A stretch of 63,278 bases of DNA, filler included, from Aduncisulcus paluster (lineage: Eukaryota): the NCBI GenBank assembly GCA_024181965.1. It is 4 parts of 4 records of this genome, joined end to end, with 100 filler letters (N's around TTAATTAATTAA, not from the genome) between each part and the next. Parts side by side here need not be neighbours in the genome. Positions count along the whole stretch, not along the records: positions 22,575 to 46,068 come from BQXS01012525.1; positions 46,169 to 58,849 come from BQXS01012526.1; 2 more parts are not named here. One strand, written 5' to 3'. A model generated the notes under the pieces. The model was not told the origin of the DNA. It made no database searches and saw only the letters and a program-made list of their open reading frames with translations. The first letter of the stretch is position 1. The number at the start of each line of letters is the position of its first letter. The position numbers and the translations under genes were made by a program. Shown piece after piece: positions 35,229 to 46,641 of the stretch.

Positions 35229-38200
35229 ATGCCAACGGATTCAGTATGTATATTAATTTTTGTATTTTACATCTAATATCTCAGAGAAGGTGATAATTTG
35301 GCTTAGATCTTATTTCGTTTCTAAGGAGACTCCTATTTCATATTTAACCCAAATTCACGCTTAATCTGTATTTTTGATGATGAAATATTTCAATTGATCA
35401 AATTTTCAAAATTTTTGCTTATTTTCCCATCGATAATTTAATTTGATTGATTCTTCCTGTAGAAGGCAAAAAAAGATGAAAAGTTCATTCCAATTAATAT
35501 AATTCGTGTTCGAGATACTCAAATACCTGTTGGACATAGCACATGTATATCTCTTGACATAAGAAAGACCCGGGCTAAAGTAGATTCAGCTGGGAATTTT
35601 AGTGACGGTGCCAAAAAAATGTTACTTGGTGAGGGATCCATTCCATTAGACCACCTATCGGTCACATTTACTTCTCAATGTAACGTGAAAGGAATGTATT
35701 TTAATTTATCATCCCCAGATGGTAAAAAATATAAATCGGCAATTCATTTAACCCTTTTTTTAACTCATTTGAATGGAAAACAGACCATTCTTAAAGGTAA
35801 AACAGAGGGTATTGGATCATATTATGCTCCAATTGACTTCTATGAAGTTACAACATGTTGTATTTCATGTGTTGACAGAAGCGAAAAAATAATTAATCCA
35901 GTTATGAGTTTTGTTAGGAAAAAACAAAAAGCACCATTTCTTATAAAATCTTTGTGTTTTGTTCGTGAAGAAACGCCTGAAGAACTTGAGTTTGAACATG
36001 CCAAGAAAATCGCCGTATGTAAAATCAATTTGTTTTAAAAACTTTAGTATTTAGCTCTTATTAGATTAATTATTGTTTTAACTTAATATTTCGTACTATT
36101 TCAGCCAAAATGCGACCTCGAACAAATCAAAGAAGCTACTAAACTTGGAACAGAAGCCGATAGAGCATTTATTTCTCCAATTCCTCCTGATTATCGAAAT
36201 GTTCCATATAATTTAGATAGAATTTCTGCGAAAAACGAAAAATTCCGAATTGAATCGCAGCATTATGATGTGAGTAGTCGGATAAGATCTCGATTTATTG
36301 GCAAACTAGAGTTTCAACAGCAATTTACACACTTTTCTCTTGCTTTTACTTCTCCTCAAAGGATTGATGGGGTATATTTATGTGTTCAATCGCAAAAATC
36401 AAAATTTGGTCTTTTTGTCTCGACAACAGATAAGTTTAAAAATAGGAAGGTCGTGACCTTCAAATCGAAAGCTTTATCATCTGCTTCTTGGTTGTATATT
36501 CCTCTCCATCTTATTGATGTTATTCGATTTGAAATTGAAAGTTCGCATCCAGGGAGTTTGTGTCCCACATTGGATTCCCTTCTCTTTGTTAGGAAAGAAA
36601 CTGAAACAGAAGCTGAATTCAGAAGGATCGAATCATCTCCTGTATGTTTTTTTATATATTTTGACTTATTAGTCAATACTTTTGAATCTAATTTCGATTT
36701 ATTCATATTTTTCTCAAATTTATTTTTATATTTAGACTCTGATCCATCCAACCCTGATTTGCAAGAAAAAAGACTATTCAGAGGCTTGTTATAAAGATCT
36801 TTCTCGCATCCAGTTGTATACTTCTGGTGCGAAAGGAGTTGATGCAAGATGGAATAGCTTTTCGAAGAGATATGATGCTTCTACGGAAGTGCTAGAGATG
36901 ATCACATCAACAAAATCCGTATCTTTTTCTCATATCACTATTCCTTTCCCAAATCCGAGTTCCTTGAAATGTGTTCATATCTGTGTGGATAAATATGTTG
37001 GTCCACCTTCTCTTTTGGTTGTTCTATCTTTGGCTAATAACCAGAAGAGAGCTTTTCAACTCAAACTGAAGAGATATGGAGATCAACAAGAATGGTACTC
37101 TTTCACTCTTGATGTTCCCGATGTTGTTCAATGTGAGATCAAACATATCCAAGGAATGTGGAAGAATATGGAATGTGGATATTCATGCATCGAAGGACTT
37201 GTTTTTTTCTCTCCCCCTCAATTGTTTTCCTCCAAACTTAAGAAACAAGAAAAAATGAAAATGTTTGAAGAGGCTGAGAAGAAAGAAAGAGATATGGAGA
37301 TCAACAAGAATGGTACTCTTTCACTCTTGATGTTCCCGATGTTGTTCAATGTGAGATCAAACATATCCAAGGAATGTGGAAGAATATGGAATGTGGATAT
37401 TCATGCATCGAAGGACTTGTTTTTTTCTCTCCCCCTCAATTGTTTTCCTCCAAACTTAAGAAACAAGAAAAAATGAAAATGTTTGAAGAGGCTGAGAAGA
37501 AAGAAAGAGATTTGGAGAAGAGTGAAGAAGCTGAAGAAAAGGAATCCGAGAAAGATACTGAGAAAGAGTCGGAAGAGGAATCTGAAGAGGAACATAAAAA
37601 ACTTCAAGAAAGAAAGAGAAGAGGATCGTCCAAAACGAAACAGAGAGATTCTTCCATTCCCAAACAATCGAGAAGAAGAAGGGAAAGAAAACTCCAGCTT
37701 TTGGAAGAGTCTGTCTTGACTTCTGCTGAAAACATTGAGCCTTTGTGTATTATCGGCAGTGGAGGATTTGGAAAAGTTTTCCTTGTTCGTGTCACTTTTT
37801 CAGGCCGTGAACCTCTCTTGTGTGCACTAAAATGTATGAAGAATCAAGAGATGTGTGAAGACAATGTGAAATATATCAGTGGAATGAAGAAGGAATTTTC
37901 CCGACAATGTAGGTTGTATTCTCATCATTCCATCAAATGTTGTATTCCTCGCCCTCTTTTCATCCTTGATCTCCTTGATTCAAATCACGAAGGTATTTTG
38001 GGAATTTTGATGGAATTTTGTCAAGGAGGGTGCATTATTGACTTTGCCAAAAGCTGGGCTATTGATCTGGATGAATGTGATCCTTTCGAAGATGATGAAG
38101 AGGATCTTGTGTATGATCCATTAAAAATTGCATCTCTTTGTTTTGGTATCATTAGATGTGTCTCTGATGTATTTATTGTGAAGAAAAAGCTTGTCCATCG

Positions 38201-38925
38201 AGACATAAAACCTGCAAACTTCCTTGTTCGATATATTGAATCTTCCCGTCAATGTGAAATTGTTCTTGGAGATTTGGGATTTGTTGAGCTTCGTGATTCA
38301 ATGTCTCGAAATAGCTCTTTCCAAACAATTGGCCCCAGAAGGAAGGATTCAAGTTCATCTAGCCAAATTCATCGTCGATTCTCATATAAACCTTCGATTG
38401 TGGGCACCTTGTGTTATAATGCACCTGAGAGTCTAAAAAATGGGTATTATTGTCAACGGTCTGATGCTTGGGGAGTTATCCTTTCAATTTGGTCCCTGTT
38501 TAACGAGATGAAAGAACCATTCATGAGTCATCCGGATATAACTTCGATTGGTCCTTCTGCCGACTATTCCCGGTATATTCGCATCGCTCTTCAAAGATTG
38601 ATTGCTGAAGGTGCTCTTCCGGCCATTACTGATAGTGAATTGTTCATGGAACTTGATGAGATACAAGCCTGTTCATGATACATTATTAACAATTTTTGAA
38701 GGAATGTTGTGTCCAGATAGATTGAAAAGAATGAAGATCAGCGAAGCACGTGAACTCATTGATAAGCTTGATCCAGATCTCCTTCCTCCGATTGGTGAGG
38801 GTTGGATAATTCCATCAATTAAAGACTATATTAAGGAGCAAATTGAAGAGTATGGAGAAGTGGAGGAAGATCACTTATTTAGACAATTAGATCCCGATGG
38901 GAGCGAAGAAGAGGAAGAAGAATAA
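35229..38925 (+). pseudogene. Family member D: 3 divergent PITH-like repeats + Ser/Thr kinase, with two frame disruptions
   Basis: Exons 35229-35243, 35463-36014, 36105-36641 and 36736-on join in frame via GTATGT introns. A 218-bp tandem duplication at ~37069-37511 shifts the frame. Kinase has GSGGFGKV, HRDIKPAN, DLG, YNAPE. A second shift occurs at ~38661. Confidence 0.72.
37069..37511 (+). repeat. 218-bp perfect tandem duplication
   Basis: ATGGAGATCAAC at 37076 and 37294; ATGTGGAAG at 37156 and 37374. Confidence 0.95.
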
Positions 38926-39464
38926 ATCATGCAACATCACGTTGTCTTTAAGATAATGAAGATTAGATCGTAAATGTAAACAAGCAGAACACGAAATATT
39001 AATAAGTCGATGATATTAAAGGATTATAACTGAAGCTTGACATCATTAAGAGGAATTTTATAATTCGATATGTTGCCAAAACTCGGAGTGGTGCAACGAT
39101 TTTGTGTCAGAACTGAACTTATAAGGAAGGTATTAAATATATGATCCAAAGAAAATGACCATATATATTTATTTATATTTTATACAATATTACTCTCCAA
39201 TCTTGTCAATTGAAGTCTGTGTGGTTGGTAGTCATCTTTTCCTGTATTGAAAGATATTTATTTTTTACTGTATGCAAGATCTTAAATTAATTATGTATTA
39301 ATACATATATTATCTATTATTATACAATTTTTTTCACTTATTGGACTGTTGGTTATTTTTGTCGTTTTCTTGGGTTGATTTCCCTGAAATTCACGTTATA
39401 TTTGTTCAAATAATATCGACCTTTTGTATGTTTATTCAGAGAAAATACTTGACAAATTTGTTGA

Positions 39465-41844
39465 ATGAGTTGTAATTATCAAATCGTGATCCCAGAGTTT
39501 ATTCATGAAGGAGGAATATGCTGCTGTCCAATTCCGCGTGATTCCATCAATATTAAGAGTATTGAGTTCGATTTATTGAAGGCATGGGATAAAACAAAGA
39601 AAATACTATTTTTAAAAACAAAGGAGTACGATCAAAGTTCTGAGGCACAAGAGATGATGAGAGCAGAGGGTTATAGTGGCTTCTTTACTCACATTTCGAT
39701 TCCTTTCTCTTCTTCTTCCCCGATTCGAGGTGCTTATCTTTGTATTATTGATGCTTCTTCGCCTCCATCTAATCTTGTCTTTACTTTTTCATGTGCAAAA
39801 GGTGTGAAAATATCCAAAACATACGATTTTCCTGAAGTTAGTGGTTGTCAATGGTATTTTCTTCCTATTGATCTCTCTGATGTATTTCTGTGTGAAATTA
39901 CAGGGAAAGGGAGGGAAAAAAGGTATTTTAGAATCTACTCCCTCGTTTTCATCCGAGAAGAAACTCCCGATGAAATCATGGTTCATGAAGTCAAAGAGAA
40001 ACTATGGTCTGAAACTGCAGTAGTGAAAGCAGAGTTTATACAGGAAGGGGATGATGAGTCTTTCGGAAGATATTCTATTCCCATTCCGCGTGACGATCCA
40101 AAGCTGGTAATTCCTTCATTATCAATGGTTAAGTGCAAGGATGATTCGAAGAGTAAGGAATCTATGTTTTATGATAAATATATTGAAGCTCAAAAAATGT
40201 TAGAAGGGGAAAGGTTTGTGTTCTTTTCCGAGCTTTCCATCCCTTTCGGAGTTCCTTGTCCAATGAAAGGTGCTTATATCTGTGTTCATAAAGATTTTAG
40301 TTCACCCTCTCTTCTCTTCACTTTTACTGATTCTGATGGTAAGAAGATAAACAAGAAGTATGAATTCACAAGACCTATACATGAATATGAATGCCATTTC
40401 CTTCCTATTGATTTGGATAACGTTGTATTGTGTGAGATTGAAGGGAAAGGAATGTGGTTGTGGAAGAATAGTCGAAGGTTCTGTATATACTCCCTTGTTT
40501 TCCTTCGAGGTGATGATATTCCCATCTCTCCTCCTCTTCTTACTCGTGTTCCTTCCAGTTCATCCAAGATACCTACATCAACTTTGTCTTTGCCTTCAAA
40601 ACCTGTGAGAAGAAGAAGAAGAATACTCTATTCAAATGAGTTCATCCACAGATGTTTTTATTCAAACTGTGGAACCTAAGTTTATTCATGAAGGATTTGA
40701 GAGATGCTGTCCAATTCCTGGAGATGCCCCCAATATTAAGAGTGCAGAGTTTCCAACTATCAATGCAATAGATGGAACCAAGGAAGAAGGTGCTGAAAAG
40801 TACGATCAGAGTTATTCTGCACAATGGTTGATGAAAGGGTGGAATGATGGATGTTTTACCCATATCTCCATTCCTTTCTCCTCGTCTTCCCCAATGAAAG
40901 GGGCTTATATCTGTCTAAGTAATAATTATCCTTCTCCTCCATCACATCTTATCTTCACTCTCACATCTTCAAAGGGTGATAAAACAGCCATGAAATACGA
41001 GTTTCCTGAATTTAAGGGGTTTCATTGGTATTTCCTTCCAGTTGATCTCCCTGATGTTGTCTTGTGTGAGATTACAGGGAAAGGAAGAGAGAATGAGTAT
41101 TTTAGAATCATCTACCTTGTTTTCATTAGAGAAGAAACCCCTGAAGAAATCAAATCTCGTGAAGCCAGAGAGAAACTATGGTCTGAAGCTCCAGTTGTGA
41201 AACCAGAGTTTGTTAAGGAAGGAGATGAAGAATCTAAAGGGAGAGATTCTATTCCAATTCCACATGATGATCCAAAGCTTGTAGATCCTTCATTCTCAAT
41301 GGTTAAGTGCAAGAATGATTCGGTGAATAAGGAATCTGAGGAGTATGATCAGAGTTCAGACGCACAAAAAATGTTGAAAGGGGAAGATTATGTATACTTA
41401 TCACATCTTTCCGTCCCTTTCATAGTCCCTTGTCCAATGAAAGGTGCTTATATCTGTGTTCATAAAGATTTTAGTTCACCCTCTCTTCTCTTCACTTTTA
41501 CTGATTCTGATGGTAAGAAGATAAACAAGAAGTATGAATTCACAAGACCTAAATATTGGTATGAATGGCACTTCCTTCCTATTGATTTGGATAATGTTGT
41601 ATTGTGTGAGATTGAAGGGAAAGGAATGTGGAAATATTAGAATAGTCGGAGATTCTGGATCTCCTCCCTTGTTTTCCTTCGAGGTGATGATATTCCCATC
41701 TCTCCTCCTCTTCTTACTCCTGTTCCTTCCAGTTCGTCCAAGGAACAGACGTCCAAATTTTGTCCAAGTGTTTCATTTGAAGCTGAAAATACTTTGAAGC
41801 GAGAAGAGGAAGAGGAACTTCCTCTTGAAGAGGAAAAGGGATGA
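39465..41844 (+). pseudogene. Family member E: 4 PITH-like repeats (2+2 duplication), one frameshift (~40605) and one in-frame TAG (41638)
   Basis: ORFs 39465-40679 and 40636-41640 are paralogous halves. The frame of the second opens at 40609 (EEEEEYSIQMSSS). Homology continues past the TAG to TGA at 41842-41844. It could instead be two tandem genes. Confidence 0.7.
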
Positions 41845-42028
41845 TCACAACTTAAATGAAAAGAAAAATAGTCACTATTCACATCAAAAAAGGCAAAGAC
41901 AATTGATTTGATAACTAATTAATGTTTTGTCCAAACTTTCGATTCCACGTCCAACTTACATGCATGAGTTTATCGTTTCTAAATTCCACTATAAATCAAC
42001 TATTCTAATCATTAGAATCTAATGTATT

Positions 42029-42552
42029 ATTCGGTCGAGCAGTCACTTTATTTCTTTGATTTATGAGATGTGATGACTCATGAGTCATGATAACCAATCA
42101 GTGAGATTCTATATCACGAAATGTTTGAGTTTTGGAATAATATGTAGCTCGATGGATCATTTAACTTTCGTTTTATAAACCAACCCTGAAACAATGATCT
42201 CAAACTCATCAAATACCTCCATTTTCATTCCAAAGAAATGATAAATGAACACATTCAAGAACAATTTGGAAAGTCATAATNNNNNNNNNNNNNNNNNNNN
42301 ATTCGGTCGAGCAGTCACTTTATTTCTTTGATTTATGAGATGTGATGACTCATGAGTCATGATAACCAATCAGTGAGATTCTATATCACGAAATGTTTGA
42401 GTTTTGGAATAATATGTAGCTCGATGGATCATTTAACTTTCGTTTTATAAACCAACCCTGAAACAATGATCTCAAACTCATCAAATACCTCCATTTTCAT
42501 TCCAAAGAAATGATAAATGAACACATTCAAGAACAATTTGGAAAGTCATAAT
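42029..42552. repeat. Duplicated ~252-bp flank around the 20-N gap (42281-42300)
   Basis: 42029-42280 matches 42301-42552. Confidence 0.9.
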
Positions 42553-43145
42553 CTATTTTTAGATTTTCTATTTTTAGATATGTAATTGATATTTTTACAT
42601 ATCATTTCACATATTATCATTTTTCAATTCCAAAATTGTCTCTATGGTGGCATTATGGGCATTTCTGTGCTCTGTGATAGATAAGCTTTCCATCGCGAAT
42701 CAAAGCAACCCAACCATAAAAATACAGCAAATATTACAAAATATGCAAAATTATGACATTACGAGAAGTTTCAATCAGATATTATGGCATTATCCAACAA
42801 ATCAAGAAATACAAATCTATTTTTAGAATTTCTATTTTTGGTGTATGGCAATGAATGTTGTTCATTTGTCACAGTTCAATGGGAGAAATACGCTGTAAGT
42901 TTCAAGAAAAGGAATAAATTTCAAGATAATTCATTGAACAGATTCAAAAATCATTGATTGAAACCACCAAATTAACAGGGATGTTTAATTATCCACAATT
43001 ATGTGAGAAGATTTTCGGAAACTTAGTAAGCATGATCAAAAAATTTCCATCCATCGGTCCAAAACCCAGAATTAATACGAACATTTATTAAACTCAAAAT
43101 CTCTACTCGACACATATCGTCAAATCATTACAATACCTCAACCAT

Positions 43146-46068
43146 TTACCATTTGGCTTCTTTAACCAATGGAATAAATTTAGCGAGTTGAGTTTCGTAA
43201 CCATCTTCATCATTATCATCACAGTACAAGGCAGGACAGACCAGAGTAGCTCCCAGTCTCTTGAAATGCTCAACACACTTCTTCATTCCTCCATTAAACA
43301 CTTCATAATCGGAACATCCAAGACCAAGACAAGCAATCTTCACTTTGGAGAAACTACCATCTTTTTGTTCGGATAACCATTCGTAGAATACTTCACCAGA
43401 TACAGGAACGTTTCCATGACCAGTGGTTGAACAGACAAAAACAAATTTACCACCATGGAGAAGAGATTTATAGTCAAACTCAGATACCTCAGAAGGATCA
43501 TCAACACCAAGCTCGGAAGCAATTTCTTCAGCGGCAGCCTCAGAATTACCAGTTTCAGTTGCAAAGAAGACTTTAATGGGTCCATCAACGCCAGCTTCAG
43601 CACCTTCTTCCTCTTCTTTTTCTACCTTTTCTTCAACGACTTCTTCTTCTTCATCCTTTTGGAACCTGGAACGAACTTCTTTCTCTTGAGTTTCCTTCTC
43701 CTCCTCCTCTTCTTCCTTTTCACTGGACTTTGGAGACATATCAATAATAGCAGAGGCCATGGGAACCTTCACCGTTCCTTTAGGAGCTTGACCACGGACA
43801 ATAGCTGGGCGTTTCACACTGAAAGCAGGAGAAGATATCTCACTGATAATGGGTCTCTCATCAGGAGCGGGAAGACGGTAATCAATCCGCTCTTCAGGGA
43901 CCTTGAAGGAATCACGGAGCTCAACAAGTTTCAGGTATCTTTGAAGCATATCCTTGATCAACAAAGTGTCGAGTCTCTTGGCAACCTCAGGTTTGGTCTG
44001 AATCAAAGAGTTGAAACGAGCTTGTGTCTCAAGGAACTCCATAGGATCCTTGCTTGGAGCCTTGGAATCAATAGTCAACGGATTCTTTCCTTTCTCGACA
44101 AGAGCTGGGTTGTAACGGTACAAAAGCCAGTATCCAGTTTCAACAGCAAGTTTCTGAGAGTGAGGACCGTAAGCGAGACCCTTACGAATACCATGCTCGA
44201 TACAAGGAGAATAAGCGAGAACAATGGAAGGCCCATCGTGAGCATCGGCCTCAGCGATAGCCTTGAGGAATTGGCTTTGGTTGGCGTTGAGAGCTACACT
44301 GGCAACATAAACATTGGGATATGTCATGGCAATCTTCAAAATATCCTTCTTGACAACCTCTTTACCTCCAGCAGCGAATCTGGCAACAGCTCCAGCAGGA
44401 GTGGCCTTACTTCTTTGTCCACCAGTGTTACTGTAGACCTCAGTATCACAGATAAGAATGTTCACATTCTCTCCAGAAGCAAGAACATGGTCAACACCAC
44501 CGAAACCAATATCATAAGCCCAACCATCTCCACCAACAATCCATTGAGACTTCATGCCCAACTGGTCAAGGGAATCAATTCTGTTGAACTCCTTGAACTC
44601 AGGTATCTTGATGTGAATAGTATCTTTGTCATCCTCAGTGAGTTTCTTAAGCTCTTCTTTGATGTTATCGGCAGCAATACGAGATTCTTCCTTGTCACCA
44701 TGAACTTCGAACCATTGCTTAAGAGCTCCATGCAACTTGTCACTAAGAACACCTTCGCTTTCATCACGGCTCAAAATAGTTGACACCAAACCAGCAACAC
44801 GAGCACGACGTTGCTTTGTGGCCAAATGCATACCAAAACCGAACTCAGCATTATCTTCAAAGAGAGAGTTGGCCCAGGCTGGACCTTGACCCTTGTGGTT
44901 GGTAGACCACACACCGAATGGATAAGCACCAAGAGTAACAGACTAAGTAGAATAAAAATAAACAAACAATGGTTAGAAACAAATCGAATGAAGAAAATAT
45001 GGAAAGAAATAATTAAATATAAGATAAACATACACTACAACCAGTGGCATTGGCAATCATGAGGTTGTCTCCAAACATGTTAGCAAGGTTCTTGATCTGG
45101 GCCATTTCCTGACAACCACCACAAGCAAGATGGAACTCAAGAAGAGGTTTCTGAAGACTGGCTCCAACAGGAAGTTTCTTCAACTTGTCGGGGATCAAAT
45201 GGCCTCTGTTCTCCAAGGATCTCACATATTCGTATTCATCACTCTTGACATCGAGCACATCTCCAATCAACTCCATTTTGAGAGTTCCCTTCTCACGGGT
45301 GGGACACATCATGACACAGTTGGAACACCCAGTACAATCATATGGAGACACAGAGATGACAAACTTCTGAGTGCCTGTAGCAGAAGCGAACTTCTTATTC
45401 TTGATATTGGCAGAATCCATGGTGGCAGGGGCACTCTTGGTCTCATCCTCAGTCAAAAGGAAAGGCCTGATAACAGCATGAGGACAGGCAATAGCACATG
45501 CACCACATTGGATACAAGTATCGGCATTCCAGACAGGGATTTTGATGGCAGTTCCTCTCTTCTGAAAACGACCACTTCCAACTTCAATAATACCTCTCTC
45601 AGGGATCTTTGACACAGGAACAGATTCACTGACATATTTGAGAACAGGCTCAACAATATCCTTGACAAAGGCTGTCTTGTTCTGTTGGGAAGGACGAGTA
45701 TCAACCAAATCCTTGTCAGCCTCAGTGAGATCAGAGGCCCAGGAGTCATCATATTCAATTTGTTTGATTACACCTTCATCCAAGGTACGATCAACACACT
45801 CGTAGTTGGCATTAACGATATCGTCACCTTTTCTTCCATAGATCTTCTTGATGAAGGTCTTCAACTTCTGAATGGCTTCAACAAGGCTCAAGATACCAGA
45901 GAGCTTGAAGAAAACAGTCTGCATAACCATATTGAAACGACCAGCAAGACCAACACTGGTGGAAATCTTTTCAGCATCGACAACGTAGAATTGGATCTCC
46001 TTGCGAACAATTTCACGACGAACAGGGAGGGGAAGGTGCTGTTTGAGCTCATCTCCAGTGAATTTCGT
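43146..46068 (-). CDS. PFO: Pyruvate:ferredoxin oxidoreductase with C-terminal flavodoxin (5' part lost at linker)
   Basis: 2x[4Fe-4S] motifs CIQCGACAIACP and CTGCSNCVMMCP; ACGGC; ANATGCS|S joined by intron 44943-45033 (GTATGT..AG); WANSLFEDNAEFG; TPP motif GGDGWAYDIG; EVYSNTGGQ; SPCIEHG. Ends in a flavodoxin (ATETGNSE, STTGHG, GLGCSDY). Confidence 0.96.
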
Positions 46069-46168
46069 NNNNNNNNNNNNNNNNNNNNNNNNNNNNNNNN
46101 NNNNNNNNNNNNTTAATTAATTAANNNNNNNNNNNNNNNNNNNNNNNNNNNNNNNNNNNNNNNNNNNN
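46069..46168. other. Artificial contig linker
   Basis: N44-TTAATTAATTAA-N44. Confidence 0.97.
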
Positions 46169-46641
46169 AGAAAGCTGATCATAGAAAAAATCATCAATAC
46201 AAAACACATTATTGCCTTTGGATTTCAAAAAGGCTTGAAAAACAAGATTTACCATATTATTTTAAAATATATAATGAAATATGGAAGCTATTAAATAATA
46301 TGAGCTTTGTATAAGACTTAAAAAAAAAGATGAAGTCCCAAAACGCGATTTTGTTTTTTACAGTTTCCTCCCTCTGAAATATTCCCAATTTAGCTTGATT
46401 TTTTTAGTTCAGAATGATGTGGATCTTATTTTTGAATTCAAATATCCATTTAACATGCAGAATTATTTTATTCAATTAGAACATAGAAGGACAGGGGAAA
46501 ATCAATAAATGTTGGGATAATTATTTTTTAAATTGATTAATTTAACATAAAATTCTAATTTTAATAAATGTCGTATTGGTGTTGAGGGATCAGATTTTTT
46601 TTTGCTGAAAAAGAGATATTTCCCTTGGTAATTCCACTTCC

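Noticed and set aside
41638..41640. TAG read as Gln (hexamitid-type genetic code)
   Set aside because: It aligns to Lys (AAG). Conserved genes here end at TAA or TAG and contain no internal TAR codons.
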